Assembly: GCA_964016885.1 (NCBI GenBank)
Contig: OZ024742.1
Location: 252,836,001-252,900,000 of the forward strand
From: Eledone cirrhosa
Taxonomy: Eukaryota
DNA length: 64,000 bases
Direction of reading: 5' to 3'
The translations under genes and the position numbers were made by a program. The notes under the pieces are model-generated. The model searched no databases. It saw only the letters and a program-made list of their open reading frames with translations, and was not told the origin of the DNA. Shown here piece after piece: positions 37,291-51,523 of the stretch. The first letter of the stretch is position 1; each line of letters begins with the position of its first letter.

Positions 37291-37829
37291 TAATAAAAAT
37301 ATAAGATCAAAATGAAAGAAAATATTAATTCAACACTATGTGTCAATCAGTTAAACACCGCAAGGAGAGCTGGAGTTTCTCTCTAATGAATTATGGAATT
37401 ATTACAACTTTTACATTTATCTCTTGAGAGTATTGCAGTCAGCTATTTACAATTATTTTTTTATAGAAATTGGTTAAGTGTCCTAAAAAATGATTTAAGA
37501 AACTAGGAGAACAGTGACTTCAAAAGAAGTTTTTAAATTTCAAAATCTGTGCTTGCCATCAACTTACTTATTTCTCAGATATTAGATTTATAGAAGAAAG
37601 GAAAATTTGAGCATTTAAATAAATTTGAATACTTATTTGTTAGTTAATCTTTCTTTACTTTAACAGAAAGATTTATATAAGTTTACTATTTTCTTAGCAA
37701 ATTGCTTGCAGCAGAATATCAGCTTATATTCCATTGGTTAGGCATTTAATCTTTTATTCATTTGACCATTGTGATTGGTGAAAGTCCTAGTTAAAAACAT
37801 AATGTCCAGTTAATATAATTAAAATCTTG

Positions 37830-38047
37830 AGGGCAGTGGATAAGCTAAATTATTAGCATGTTGGATAAAATGCTTTGCATTATTTGTTCTAGCTCTTTAC
37901 AATGTGAGTTCAAATCCCACCAAGGTTAACATTGCTTTTCATCCTTCCAAGGTCGATTAAATAAAATACCATTCAAGTAGTGAGGATGATATAATCAACA
38001 TTCCCTTCCCCACAAATTTTCTGGCCTTGTGTGTAAATTAGAAATCA
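37830..38047 (+). mobile_element. SINE family M, old
   Basis: gagttcaaatcccaccaaggttaac...gtcgattaaataaaatacc. Confidence 0.75.
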
Positions 38048-38934
38048 ATATAATTAAAATATTCAACAGGGTGACAAAATGTTAGACTTTATTTATTTAT
38101 TGAAACAAATATTCCAAATTAATATCCGTAATATTTGATTATCTCTGTTATGCAGTAGGTCATTTCGTTGATCCAATACTTCAGCTGTATTGAATGCAGC
38201 ATGCCCAAATTGATAAGAAGCTCGCTTCACAGGTATTAGGTCACAGGTTCAATCTCACTGCATGTCATCTTGGGTATGTGTCATTTACCATAGTCTTGGG
38301 TCAACCTAAGTCTTGTGATTGAAATTAGGAAGAAAGAAACTGTTTGGAAGCCCTTCAGATGGACTGTATTGGTAATTCAAAGAACCAGACATGTTGAATC
38401 TCCCTGAAAATGATGTTATACGTGAACATGTTAATTCTATGAACAGGTTGCCCATTGATCAAACAACTGGAACATTCATTGTCAAAACTGACAGAGATCC
38501 ATTCTGCTTTTGATGTAAAAATAAAAATAAGATTTAGTTTTTAATCAGTGCCTACAAAGGAATGTAGAGCAGAAAGCCACTTCTAAAAATATAGACTTTT
38601 CCTTGTATTTGATAGGCTTTTAAATTAGAGAGCTAAAAATCTTGTAAGTAAGTGATAATGATTACAAATTAATATGACTGATATGATTATACAAAGGGTG
38701 CATTTCTATTTGCTGTAAATTATCACAATGAATATTCTGCAGGGAAATAAGCAAATTGTATTGGGAGTCATTAATATTTCAATTTACAACAGTGCAAAGG
38801 TGAATCAGAAGGAAATCTGAATATATTAATCAATTATAGATATTCTATTCCAGTTCTGTGTAGTAGCTATACAGGCCAGACTTCCAAACTATTGTTAGCT
38901 GGTTATGTATCTATCTATTTACTTATCTATATCT

Positions 38935-39003
<69 letters not shown>

Positions 39004-39030
39004 CTCTCTCTCTCTTTCTCTCTCTCTCTT

Positions 39031-39065
<35 letters not shown>

Positions 39066-39647
39066 CTGTCTGTCAGTCTGTTTGTCTATCTCTTAGCTGA
39101 CATTTTCTAAATGACATGATCTCTATATTATGGGACCTTGAAGGCACTAGCCAAAAAATGTTGTTGCATTACTTTTCTATTACTTTTCTTGAAGAGCTAA
39201 ACCTTGCCACTTGAAAATATTATTCAGTTTGAACTATAAAATACATCTGCTGAAGTCACTAACATATGCCTGGCTTTTAGCCAAGGGAAGAAGTTGTCAA
39301 GTGGTGTCCAACTTTCCTTTGGCGTTCCAACTCTACTAATAATGTTTACAGATTAATTAGTTTCTCAAATTTTCTTTCATCCTCGTAATTACTGTGTGAA
39401 TATATCAGACAAAGTTGCTACATTCAAGTTCCATTGATGACTTTATTTACTTCATGGTTGATCATAGGAAGAAGGCAAATGTCCATACAGACTTTCTGAG
39501 ATGAGTGTAAGATTGATGCAGTTGGTGTTTAACTTGAATTTCTAAATGTTTAAGTTAAGAGAAGGACAATTTAGGGAATTACTGTGCAGTTACAATGAAA
39601 CTGAAACATACTCAAAGTAGTTTCCCATACTTGCTGAAATAATAAAA

Positions 39648-39840
39648 ATAATTGTTTCTACTTTAGGCACAAGGCCAGCAAATTACCCAGTGCATTACTG
39701 GTACTTAATTTTATCGACCCCGTAAGGATGAAAGGCAAAGTCAACCTCGGCGGGATTTGAACTCAGATCGTAAAGGGACGTAACTATGCTGGAAGGCATG
39801 GCGTCCGACACTCTACCGATACTGCCAATCCACCACCCTT
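39648..39840 (-). mobile_element. SINE family M, full length, young
   Basis: Flanked by the direct repeat tgaaataataaaaataat. Confidence 0.9.
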
Positions 39841-40222
39841 GAAATAATAAAAATAATATTATTAATTGATTAATAGTGTACTATTTTTTAATGCGTAATT
39901 ATTCCTAATTGATTTTTTCATGTTCTCTGTATTAATATTAAGTAACATAACTATGTTTTTCCTTGGTTTCTTCTGTTACAAATACAGACAGCACCAAGCT
40001 ATTTGCCACACCAGTCAAAATCTACTTGATGTACCTGCTTTCTTTCCTCTTACAATCATGCTTCAGTCATATTGTAACTTCATCAGCAAGCACAGCTTTC
40101 ATTGAACTTGCCAAAGTAGTGATGCCAAAATTACTAAACAAAACTACAAGATTGTACACTAGTTAATGAAGAAAGGCAGAATTGTTTAAAGAATTGTTTA
40201 AGTTTTAAATATGAATCATTAA

Positions 40223-40920
40223 TGGATGCAGCATGACCAAATGGTTAATAAGGTTGCTTCACAATCTTCAGGTCCTGGGTTCGATCACATCCGTGTGATA
40301 TGTCTGGCAAGTGTCATTTACCACAGCCTTGGGTTCACCCAAGCCTTGTGAGTGAAATTTGGTAGACAGAAACTGTTTGGAAGCCTGTTGGATAGACTCT
40401 ACTTGTAAATGAATGGGACAACCTTGTGATACACTGTGGTGTGCTGAATCTCCCTGAGAATTACGTTAAGGGTATACGTTCCAGTAATCAAACAACTGGA
40501 ATATTTGTCATTAAAGCTGACAGATGACCATTCTGACATTCCTGAGTCGTTCTTATGTATAGTAACTGTGTTCCTATCAGAGATGTTTTAGAGGTTTTTA
40601 TTCAAAAAATATATTCATGCTTGTGAAGGCATGTGCCTTAATGGTTAGGGTATTCGGCTTACAATCGTAAAGTCATGAGTTTGATTCCTGGTGGTACATT
40701 ATATCCTTGAGCAAGACCTTTATTTCTTGTTGCTCTAGTTTAATCAGATGGTAAAAAATGATTGTACCTGTAATTTGAAGAGTCAGCCTTGTCACATTCT
40801 GTGTCCTGCTGAATTTCCCAGAAAACTATGTTAAGAGTACACATGACTGTGGAATGCTTAACTACATGTGCATTAATATCACAAACAAGTTGTTCCATTA
40901 ATCATACCAACTGGAACACT
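40223..40920 (+). mobile_element. Two adjacent tRNA-derived SINEs (40223-40533; 40624-40920); relatives at 19575-19895 and 38195-38500
   Basis: A/B boxes, CORE-like ggcaagtgtc/gagcaagac motifs and a shared 3' body. Confidence 0.75.
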
Positions 40921-40947
40921 CTAAAGGAAATATATGGATAGTATTAA

Positions 40948-41168
40948 CCCTTTAGCATTTACATTACTCTATATATAGTATTATATTTTCACAGTAAAGG
41001 CTTTACCTCACATAATTATCTCACATAATATTGAATGTATGAGACTTTGATATTATTCATTTTGAGAACAATACCTTAACATAGTTATGAGCTACTGATT
41101 ACAGCCAGTTTGAACAGAAAGAGGTGAGAGAATTCTGGCCGGATACAGTCGGTTTAAATGCTAAAGTG
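40948..41168. mobile_element. piggyBac-type MITE P1
   Basis: TTAA|CCCTTTAGCATTT...ATGCTAAAGTG|TTGA; homologous to 3039-3259. Confidence 0.85.
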
Positions 41169-41399
41169 TTGAAGGGAGGGTAGTTTATTGCACGATTGAC
41201 CTTAAAAAAGACTCCACCCTTTCATCCCTCCATCACTCCCTCTATCCACTCCCCCATCACCTCTACTCTGCAACCACCTCAGTCAATGTCATCTCCCACT
41301 GTTCAAAGTAACGCTTTTTACTTTATGGTTGACAAAAAAAATATACATAGCCAGGAACCCAAACTGTCACAGTTCTTAACCCTGCTCCCCCTCACTGCA

Positions 41400-43550
41400 T
41401 GTGGGTGTGACTGAATGTGTTTGTGTGCCTGAATATGTATGTGTGTCTGTGTTGTACATATGTGTGTATATGGGTGTGTGTCTGTGTCTGTGTGTTTCTG
41501 TGTATGTATATATGTGTGTGTGTCTGTGTGTATGTGTGTCTGTGTATGTGTGTCTGTAATTGTGTGTGCTTGTGTGTGTATATGTATGTGTGTATGTGTG
41601 TCTGTAATTGTGTGTGCTTGTGTGTATATATATGTATGTCTGTCTGTGTTGTACATGGGTGTGTGTCTGTGTGTTTCTGTGTATGTATATATGTGTGTGT
41701 GTCTGTGTGTGTGTGTCTGTAATTGTGTGTGCTTGTGTGTATATATAGGTATGTGTGTCTGTGTTGTACATGTGTGTGTATATGGGTGTGTGTCTGTGTC
41801 TGTGTGTTTCTGTGTATGTATATATATGTGTGTGTGTCTGTGTGTATGTGTGTCTGTGTCTGTGTGTTTCTGTGTATGTATATATGTGTGTGTGTCTGTG
41901 TGTATGTGTGTCTGTGTCTGTGTGTTTCTGTGTATGTATATATGTGTGTGTGTCTGTGTGTATGTGTGTCTGTAATTGTGTGTGCTTGTGTGTATATATA
42001 TGTATGTGTGTCTGTGTTGTACATGTGTGTGTATATGGGTGTGTGTGTCTGTGTCTGTGTGTTTCTGTGTATGTATATATGTGTGTGTGTCTGTGTGTAT
42101 GTGTGTCTGTGTCTGTGTGTTTCTGTGTATGTATATATGTGTGTGTGTCTGTGTGTATGTGTGTCTGTAATTGTGTGTGCTTGTGTATGTATATATGTGT
42201 GTGTGTCTGTGTGTATGTGTGTCTGTAATTGTGTGTGCTTGTGTGTATATATATGTATGTGTGTCTGTGTTGTACATGTGTGTGTATATGGGTGTGTGTG
42301 TCTGTGTCTGTGTGTTTCTGTGTATGTATATATGTGTGTGTGTCTGTGTGTATGTGTGTCTGTGTCTGTGTGTTTCTGTGTATGTATATATGTGTGTGTG
42401 TCTGTGTGTATGTGTGTCTGTAATTGTGTGTGCTTGTGTGTATATATATGTATGTGTGTCTGTGTTGTACATGTGTGTGTATATGGGTGTGTGTCTGTTT
42501 CTGTGTATGTATATATGTGTGTGTGTATCTGTGTATGTGTGTATGTGTGTCTGTAATTGTGTGTGCTTGTGTGTGTGTATATGTATGTGTGTCTGTGTTG
42601 TACATGTGTGTGTATCTGGGTGTGTGTCTGTGTCTGTGTGTTTCTGTGTATGTATCTCTGTGTGTGTGTATCTGTGTATGTGTGTCTGTAATTGTGTGTG
42701 CTTGTGTGTGTATATGTATGTGTGTATGTGTGTCTGTAATTGTGTGTGCTTGTGTGTATATATATGTATGTCTGTCTGTGTTGTACATGGGTGTGTGTCT
42801 GTGTGTTTCTGTGTATGTATATATGTGTGTGTGTCTGTGTGTGTGTATCTGTAATTGTGTGTGCTTGTCTGTATATATATGTATGTGTATCTGTGTTGTA
42901 CATGTGTGTGTATATGGGTATCTGTCTGTGTCTGTGTGTTTCTGTGTATGTATATATGTGTGTGTGTCTGTGTGTATGTGTGTCTGTGTATGTGTGTTTC
43001 TGTGTATGTATATATGTGTGTGTGTCTGTGTGTCTGCAATTGTGTGTGCTTATGTGTATATATATGTATGTGTGTCTGTGTTGTACATGTGTGTGTATAT
43101 GGGTGTGTGTCTGTGTCTGTGTGTTTCTGTGTATGTATCTCTGTGTGTGTGTGTATTTGTGTATGTGTGTCTGCAATTGTGTGTGCTTATGTGTATATCT
43201 GTATGTGTGTCTGTGTACATGTGTGTGTATCTGGGTGTGTGTTTGTGTTTCTGTGTATCTATCTCTGTGTGTGTGTGTATATCTGTGTATGTGTGATTGG
43301 GTATGCCTGTGTGTTTGTGTTTCAGTGAATGTATCTGTGTGTGTCTGCGTATATCTGTGTTTGTGTGTCTGTATAATTGTGTGTGCCTGTGTGTTTGTGT
43401 TCATATGTATGTATCTGTGTGTGAGTGTGCGCATGTCTATGTAATTGCATGTGCCTGTATGTGTGTCTGTGTCTGTGTCTCTGTGTGCATGTATGTGTGT
43501 GTAAGTGTTTGTGTGTATGTATGTATGTATGTATGCATGTATGTGTGTAT
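41400..43550. repeat. (TG)-rich compound satellite with modular higher-order units
   Basis: Recurring tctgtaattgtgtgtgcttg, gttgtacatg and gtttctgtgtatg landmarks. Confidence 0.95.
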
Positions 43551-43680
43551 TTCTGAAATCAGCCCCCCCCCCCTCTTACTTTTCCATCCTTTTTGTTAGC
43601 TCTCAACACTAGTCCCTACTTCCACCATCCCCCTCTTTCTTTTTTGTTAGTTATATGATTCTGGAGAGTTGAAAACTGGT

Positions 43681-43681
43681 G

Positions 43682-43712
<31 letters not shown>

Positions 43713-43769
43713 AGACACACACACACACAGAGAGAGACACACACACACACACACAGACACAGACATAGA

Positions 43770-43808
<39 letters not shown>

Positions 43809-44151
43809 ACACACACACACACACACAGACACAGACACAGACACAGAGACATACACACACACACACACACACAGACACAGACACACACACACACACACAG
43901 AGACACAGACACAGAGACACACACACACACACACACACAGACACAGAGACACACACACACAGACACAGACACAGAGAGAGACACACACACACACACAGAC
44001 ACAGAGAGACACACACAGACACAGAGACAGACACATGAATACAGACACACACACAATCACATACAAACATACACACACACACACACACACACACAGACAG
44101 ACACATGAATACAGACACACACACAATCACATACAAACATACATAAACTTG

Positions 44152-44182
<31 letters not shown>

Positions 44183-44480
44183 AGAGACACAGACACACAG
44201 AGACAGACACATGAATACAGACACACACACAATCACATACAAACATACATAAACTTGCACACACACACACACACACACACACAGACAGACACAGAGACAC
44301 AGAGACACAGAGACAGACACATGAATACAGACACACACACAATCACATACAAACATACACAAACTTGCACACACACACACGTACACACACACACACACAC
44401 AGACACAGACACTCAGAGACACAGAGACAAACACATGAATACAGACACACACACAATCACATACAAACATACACAAACTT

Positions 44481-44528
<48 letters not shown>

Positions 44529-44677
44529 ACAGAGACAGACACATAAATACAGACACACACACAATCACATACAAAAATACACAAACTTGCACACACACAC
44601 ACACACACACAGAGACACAGAGACAGACACATGAATACAGACACACACACAATCACATACAAACATACACAAACTTG

Positions 44678-44709
<32 letters not shown>

Positions 44710-44782
44710 CAGACACAGACACACAGAGACAGACACATGAATACAGACACACACACAATCACATACAAACATACACAAACTT

Positions 44783-44818
<36 letters not shown>

Positions 44819-44859
44819 AGAGACAGACACATGAATACAGACACACACACACACACATA

Positions 44860-44900
<41 letters not shown>

Positions 44901-44983
44901 AGACACACAGACACACAGACACACAGAGACAGACACATGAATACAGACACACACACAATCACATACAAACATACATAAACTTG

Positions 44984-45014
<31 letters not shown>

Positions 45015-45529
45015 AGAGACACAGACACACAGAGACAGACACATGAATACAGACACATACACAATCACATACAAACATACACAAACTTGCACACACACAC
45101 ACACACAGAGATACAGAGACATAGACACACAGAGACACAGAGACAGACACATGAATACAGACACACACACAATCACATACAAACATACACAAACTTGCAC
45201 ACACACATACACACACACATACAGACACACAGACACACAGAGACAGACACATGAATACAGACACACACACAATCACATACAAACATACACAAACTTGCAC
45301 ACACACATACACAGAGACATGAATATACAATTACACACACAATCACATACAAACATCCACAGGCATACATCCACAGGCACACATTCACAAACATACTCAA
45401 ACAAGCATACATGTATACATGCACACAGGCAGAGGCACACATACACCTTTACAGACTGAGGCACACATACACACATACACATATAGAGACTGAGGCACAC
45501 ATACACAAATACACACACTCACACACGCA
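43681..45529. repeat. (CA)-rich minisatellite, ~70-120-bp unit with a variable (CA)n core
   Basis: acatgaatacagacacacacacaatcacatacaaacatacacaaacttgc repeated about 13 times. Confidence 0.95.
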
Positions 45530-45780
45530 TTTTCTTATAATATTCCTAATATCAGAAATATTCCAGTAGTTGTATAATCTGTCTGTCCTTCATATTTAGT
45601 CTTCTCTTTGAATACAGAAATATTCTCAACTTCTTTGATATTTAAAACAATACATTGACCCTAATATTTGCCACCACCTCCGTCCTATACACAACTCTAT
45701 TTTAATTAATTTATGGCTTGCAAAGAGAAACATTTTGATCATTAATTCATTGAAACATTTTTCTCAGGGTAAATTTGTTG

Positions 45781-46062
45781 TGGAGAGTTGTGGCCTAGTG
45801 GTAAGAGTGTTAGACTTACAATGATAATGTTGTGGGTTCAATTCCTGGACCGGGTTTTGTGTTGTGTTCTTGAACAAAACACTTCATATCACATTGATCC
45901 AGTATACTCAGCTGAAAATGAGTACCAGCAATAGTTGGGGGTTTATTAGTCTAACTATGGGCTGGTGTTCTGTCCCGGGAGAGTCTTGTACTCTCGTTCG
46001 CTTAATGCCACAAAAGCTAGGGTAAACACTGGCCTGGTGAACCTCAGGGCTTAAGACAGACT
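45781..46062 (+). mobile_element. SINE, family C head with alternative tail (tail also at ~35850-36005)
   Basis: gtggcctagtggt, gttcaattcc, ctcagctgaaaatgagtacc. Confidence 0.75.
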
Positions 46063-46714
46063 CTATACTGTTAATTTTGTTGTTGGACTTCCGTTGGTTT
46101 TTTCCAATTATGAGGAGTGTTCCAATGGTTTGAATAACAAAATAGTTTGATCATGAAATTAACATAATTTACCATATAGATAACCAAATACTGGGGCTTG
46201 ACTGACCACTTCCTTTTTGTGCTGGTTACTGTCAAAACTCCAGGTATACTCAGTCTCCAAACTGCTGAATCCCATCGTAAAATTGGAGAAACAGCAACCT
46301 GCCTGTGGAAGAATCCCCATGAGGGAGGTTAGATGTTGTAGTAGATGATGCTAGCCATTTTTTGCAGCAATGCCTTCATCATTTTGTCTGCAGAGTACAG
46401 CTGACTGGGGTGTAGAGTCTGTTATGCCTTCTCCCCTTCCCTTTCTTTTGTTGCTTAATTTATTTTATCGCTTTCTTTTTCTTTCCTCCCTTCTCTTTCT
46501 CTCTCATTTCCTTATTACTATTTATACTGTACAGTTTTTATCACACATTCTCTTTAGTTTAATAAATTGTTTAGAAAGTTCCTAGGGTATAAAAAAATAA
46601 TTTACTATACATGTCCTCTGGTAACTCTCATATCTGTGTGTTTGATGAACTTCAGTAAGTTTCTGACAACAAGAGTTCATGTTATTTGAAAAACAAAACA
46701 GCCTGAGAAGGAAG

Positions 46715-47552
46715 GTTTTCTGCAGTACATCATAATGCATCTTCTTTTGTGCAAAGTCAGCTTTTATCCCAAGTGTTCTTGGGTCTTCCTCTTCCATAGT
46801 TTCCATCAATTTTGAGCACCCTGCACCTTTTTATACAGCTGTCATCCTTCATATGCATCACATGTCCATACTACCACAATCTCCTCTCATGTTTACTTCA
46901 TCTGATCCCTCTTATGCCCAGTTTCTCTCTCAGTTCACCGATGCTTCACTGTTCATGCATACTAATATTACACATATATTGGAGCATGCAAGGATCATTT
47001 CTTTCCAATCTACACAGGTCCTCTATAGAGTGCCCAGGTCTCACTTCCATGCAGCATGGCTATTCATACACAAGCATCATGCAGTCTGCCTTTCATTTTA
47101 AGGCAAAATCTTTTGTAGCTTGCAGCAGTAGCAGCTCCTTGAACTTTTTCAACCCATTTTCATGCAGGCTACTACTAATTTAGTCACCTAGATAAAAGAA
47201 GCTATCAACTACTTCTATGGAGCCCTCTGAGCATTTGATAGAGCATGTATCCTGAGAGCTCTTGCTGCTTACTGCTCCCGTGTATCAACCACAAATGAAA
47301 TCTATATCCTTTGTAAGTCTGCCTAAGATCCCACTGCATCTCTTGTGTACCCATAGTTTTCATTTGGGACATAGGATTGAATTTCTATCCACTCTTTTCT
47401 TGGACACTGAGCAAGGCCACTTACCTGAAGGGATCAGGGACCTGTTTTCCTTTCTACTTACTAGGATATTAGCCTTTGCCAAGTTGACTTCAACACATTT
47501 TAATTCCAAGTTATGCTTCCAAATTTGGAATTTCTCCTCAAATTCTACCTAG
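46715..47552 (-). mobile_element. Older decayed PHD-bearing RTE copy
   Basis: Colinear with 20960-21810; degraded finger (PSGKWPCSV...NSILCPK*KLWVHKRCSG). Confidence 0.88.
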
Positions 47553-47759
47553 TTGTCAATGGTCAAGGCCAAAACTCTTGACCACAAGAGCACTCCATCC
47601 AACCTACACTTGACCAACACAAATAGGTTGACATAAAACTAATATGATTTTTGAGGCTTCATCCAGCAGTGGATTGGAAATAGCTGGGTCGTGAAAAAAA
47701 TTCACTTCAAAATATAATGTTTACTCTATCAAACCTTATTAAATATATTGCTGATATGT

Positions 47760-48066
47760 TAAAAAGCACCCTGTCTCCACTGTAGGTGGTAGTGTTGGTG
47801 CCAAGAAAAAACAAAACAAAAAAAACAACCAATCCACACTGTAAGAGCGAGTGTGGGTGGCATGATAAAATACTCCTAGTACATGCTGTATAGTGGTTGG
47901 AATTAGGAAAGGCATCCAGCCATAGAAACCAAGCCAAAAATGAAGCATACGAGCAAGAGATGGTCACCTGACCTATCTAGCCTTATAACATGACAGCCTG
48001 TCTAACCCATGCAAATATATAAAATAGACATTAAATGGTGATGGTGATGATGATGATGATGATGAG
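47760..48066 (+). mobile_element. Old RTE 3'-UTR insertion with (GAT)n tail
   Basis: ggttggaattaggaaaggcatccagccatagaaacc. Confidence 0.75.
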
Positions 48067-48629
48067 GATTATGTACTTTAAGCAGATAGTAAATCTTGCT
48101 TTTCAGTAGACTGTGCCTGAATCTCAATTGAGATAAAGTTGTAATGTTTATCTACATTTTACTTTATTTCAATCATATAAATTTTCTACAATATTTTATC
48201 TCCTTTTTTTTTTAATATATGACATAGTGAACAATAGCCTCATTAGACATTTGGGTCACAAAGAGAACTTATCTATGATTCACTATAACTATTGTTATAT
48301 GTAACAATTTTGAAAAATTAGATTTCATTGATGGAGTTGCTTCGAGTTCAGCTTCTGGAAGATTGCTCCAAATTGTGATTGCTGAACTGAATTTAGGAAC
48401 CTCGTAGTCAAAGTGTAGGTCTTGGCATCAGGTATGGGGTAGGTATTTCTATATAAGAACCTTCTAGTCAATATGTAGGTCTTGGCATCTGGCATGAGGT
48501 AGGCAATTCTATACCTGAAGATACAACACATTATCTTTGATATTGCAGTGTCAAGATATCTCTGATGTCTGATGTGCTCTGAGCTGTGTCTTGTGTACAT
48601 TTTGTAAAGCAGTGTAATTACAGCATATA

Positions 48630-48925
48630 CAGGCACTTAGCTTAGTGGTAAGGGTATTTGCCTCACGATCATAAGGGTTATCAATTCAATTTCCAGAATC
48701 GAGTTGTGTCCTTGAGAAAGACACTTTATTTCACATTGCTCCAGTCCACTCAGCTGGCAAAATTGAGTTGTACATGTAATTTGAAGAGAAAGCCTTGTTA
48801 CATTCTGTCATGCTAAATCACCCTGAAAACTACATGTGTCTGTGGAATGCTCAGCCACTTGCACATTAATTTCATGAGCAGGCTGTTCTGTTGATCATAT
48901 CCACTAGAACCGATGGAGTGCCAGT
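48630..48925 (+). mobile_element. SINE family C
   Basis: gtgtccttgagaaagacactttatttcacattgctccagtccactcagctgg. Confidence 0.8.
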
Positions 48926-49671
48926 TTTTTTATAGTTGCAGCAACTTATTTTCTGTCATATAGATTGCTGATAACTGCATAGGTTCTATTACCAGTCTTT
49001 AAATTAGTCATGTTAGTTTAGGATATAATATAAAGCAGATGAAAATAGAAGGTATACTGCTTCTTACTTTTTACTTGTATTTTGTAGATTAGTGACTATT
49101 CTTGTATCCTGAAATTATCTAATATACACTCCCATAATTGTTAATTGTATTAACATGAACATAAACAAAGTGACTCCAAACCAATGCTATCCACAAACTG
49201 AAACAAATATTGTCTATATACCTAAACTCAACCTGACCCACCAGATACATACCACACTAGACATAAAGACTAATCACATCCTTCATAACTATATCCAAAG
49301 CATAACAACACCCAAAACATTCGTTATTTTTTGTGTTTATAGCAATCAATCTTCCATTTCCTTTCAACATCCTTTTCTTCATGTTCATCCTGTCATGTAA
49401 CCTATAACCTTGAGTGGCTTTAAAGTATTGCTGTGTGGTGACCTTTAGTACATAAAAAAAAGAAATATATACTAATTATTGGTATGGGGCAACATATGTC
49501 ACCAGGCCGCAGCTGTCATATCAATGACTACCCTATTATGTAATTTGTATTGCATCCACACAGAATCAGAACAATCACCAATTAATAAACCAATTATATA
49601 CCATCAACAAATATGAACCAAACAAACTATATTATGCCTAATTGACCTGTTTAATATGTAGTAAAATATAA

Positions 49672-49985
49672 ACTGGCACTCTCCTGTTTCTGCCAAGTGC
49701 TCCAGCTGATTCAATCAATGAAAATGCCTGTTTATGAAATTACCATGCAAGTGGCTGAGTATTCCACAGACATGCGTACCTTTAATGAAGTTCTTAGAGA
49801 GATTCAGCGTGACATAGAATGTGTCATGGCTGGCCCTTCAAATTACAAGTTTTTGCTAGCTGAATGGACAGGAGCAATGTGAAATAAAGTGTCTTTTTTA
49901 AGGACACAATGCACCATCAGGAATCAAACTCACAATCTTAAATTCATGAGCCAAATACCCTAATCACTAAGCCACATACCCTCTT
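49672..49985 (-). mobile_element. SINE family C
   Basis: Reverse complement of the 48630 copy. Confidence 0.8.
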
Positions 49986-50037
49986 GCAGTAAAATATACC
50001 ATTAACTTAACTACAGACATTCTCATTAAAATAAACT

Positions 50038-50237
50038 CCTCTTCTTCTTCTTCTTCTTCTTCTTTGCCCACTTATTCCTGAGAGGGTCGTGGGGGCAGAG
50101 TCCTCATACATTCCCTCCAGTGGGTCCTGTCAGAACCAACCGTCTCCAACTGATCTGGCTGGATCCCCAAGCAAGACTAGCCAAGATCATGGATGTTATC
50201 CAAACATCTTGCCTGGGGTCTACCCCTGGGTCTCCTA
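50038..50237 (-). mobile_element. RTE 3' end, (GAA)n-tailed family
   Basis: Reverse complement of 7810-8005; (CTT)n tail. Confidence 0.8.
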
Positions 50238-50393
50238 TTTAGCTTAATGATAAAATTCAGAACTGACTAAATTAAAATTTTGCAATTATCAAGTAACTTA
50301 ATCCAAACCATTATCGAAATCAACATCTCACTTCATGAACAGATAAACCCCCCAAAAAACTAATAACAAACCACAACCTAACCAACACTTTAA

Positions 50394-50604
50394 CCCTTTA
50401 ATGTTCAAACCCGGCCAGAATTCTCTACCATTTTCTGTTGAAACTGGCTGTAACTGGTCACTCAAACTGATGTTACGGTATTGTTCTCAAAATAAATACT
50501 TTCAAAATCTCATAGATTCGATATTATGTGAGATAATTATGTGAGATGAAGCATTTACCATGAAAATATAATAGTATATATAGAGTAATGTGAATACTAA
50601 AGGG
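50394..50604. mobile_element. piggyBac-type MITE P1, opposite orientation
   Basis: TTAA|CCCTTTA...TAAAGGG|TTAA. Confidence 0.85.
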
Positions 50605-51343
50605 TTAAACCATATCCCAGCTTAACCATTAATTTAACAATTAGAAAACTCTGAAAAGACCAGGTTACTGGCTACACTAATAAGTAAAAATAAACCCAGA
50701 AACTTATACTAAACAATGCATAACCTCAACAACAATAGAATAGACTAAACAGGCACAATCTAAAAACATGAGTTTAAACTAAATGACATGTGATTATAGG
50801 AAAAAGTAACCAATATGAAATAATAAATATTTAATGATAAAAGCATAATATCAAAACGGTGATGATGATGATGATAATATAAAGACAACTTAACCAACTA
50901 ACTAAATAAATAGATAAATAACTAACTAAATAATAAATAAATAGATTAAATAACTTACCACCATCGCCACATGTGCATATCTAACTAGCATGGATTTTTG
51001 TATGCCTCCCTAGACACAGCAAAGAAATTACTATATGTACTTACCAGACTGTAGTGTCCACAAGCAGGAGTACTAATCTTACTCACTTCTGCTTCTGGCA
51101 ATAGTTTGTCCCTTAAATTTCCCTACAGTTTTCTACCAAGTAAGCTGTCAAACCAAATACCCCCACCTCTGTGTGTCACATAAGTCATACAGTTGCCAGA
51201 AGTTATTGTAAGCAGATAACTAGTATGATTCTATAGAAAGTAAATTAATGAATGAATGATGTTTTAACACTCACAATAAATAAGATTAAATTTAAAAAAT
51301 AAAATAAAATAAACAAAATAAATTAAATATTATTAAGCTTTAC

Positions 51344-51523
51344 CCCTTTAGCATTTACATTACTCTATATTTACTATTGTATTTTTACGGTAAACACTTT
51401 ATTTCACATAATATCGAATCTATGAGATTTTGATATTATTTATGAACAGCTGGCTATGGCTAATTTAAACAGAAAAAGATGCGAGAATTCTGGCCTAATA
51501 CGGCCGGTTTAAATGGTAATGGG
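51344..51523. mobile_element. piggyBac-type MITE P1 with internal deletions
   Basis: CCCTTTAGCATTTACATTACTC...GGG|TTAA. Confidence 0.8.

Noticed and set aside
41318-45518. ORFs up to 680 aa
   Set aside because: Stop-poor dinucleotide satellite; no protein complexity.
51044-51121. Minus-strand exon GNLRDKLLPEAEVSKISTPACGHYSL with gtaagt donor
   Set aside because: The acceptor lacks a polypyrimidine tract and there is no recognisable homology; unsupported.
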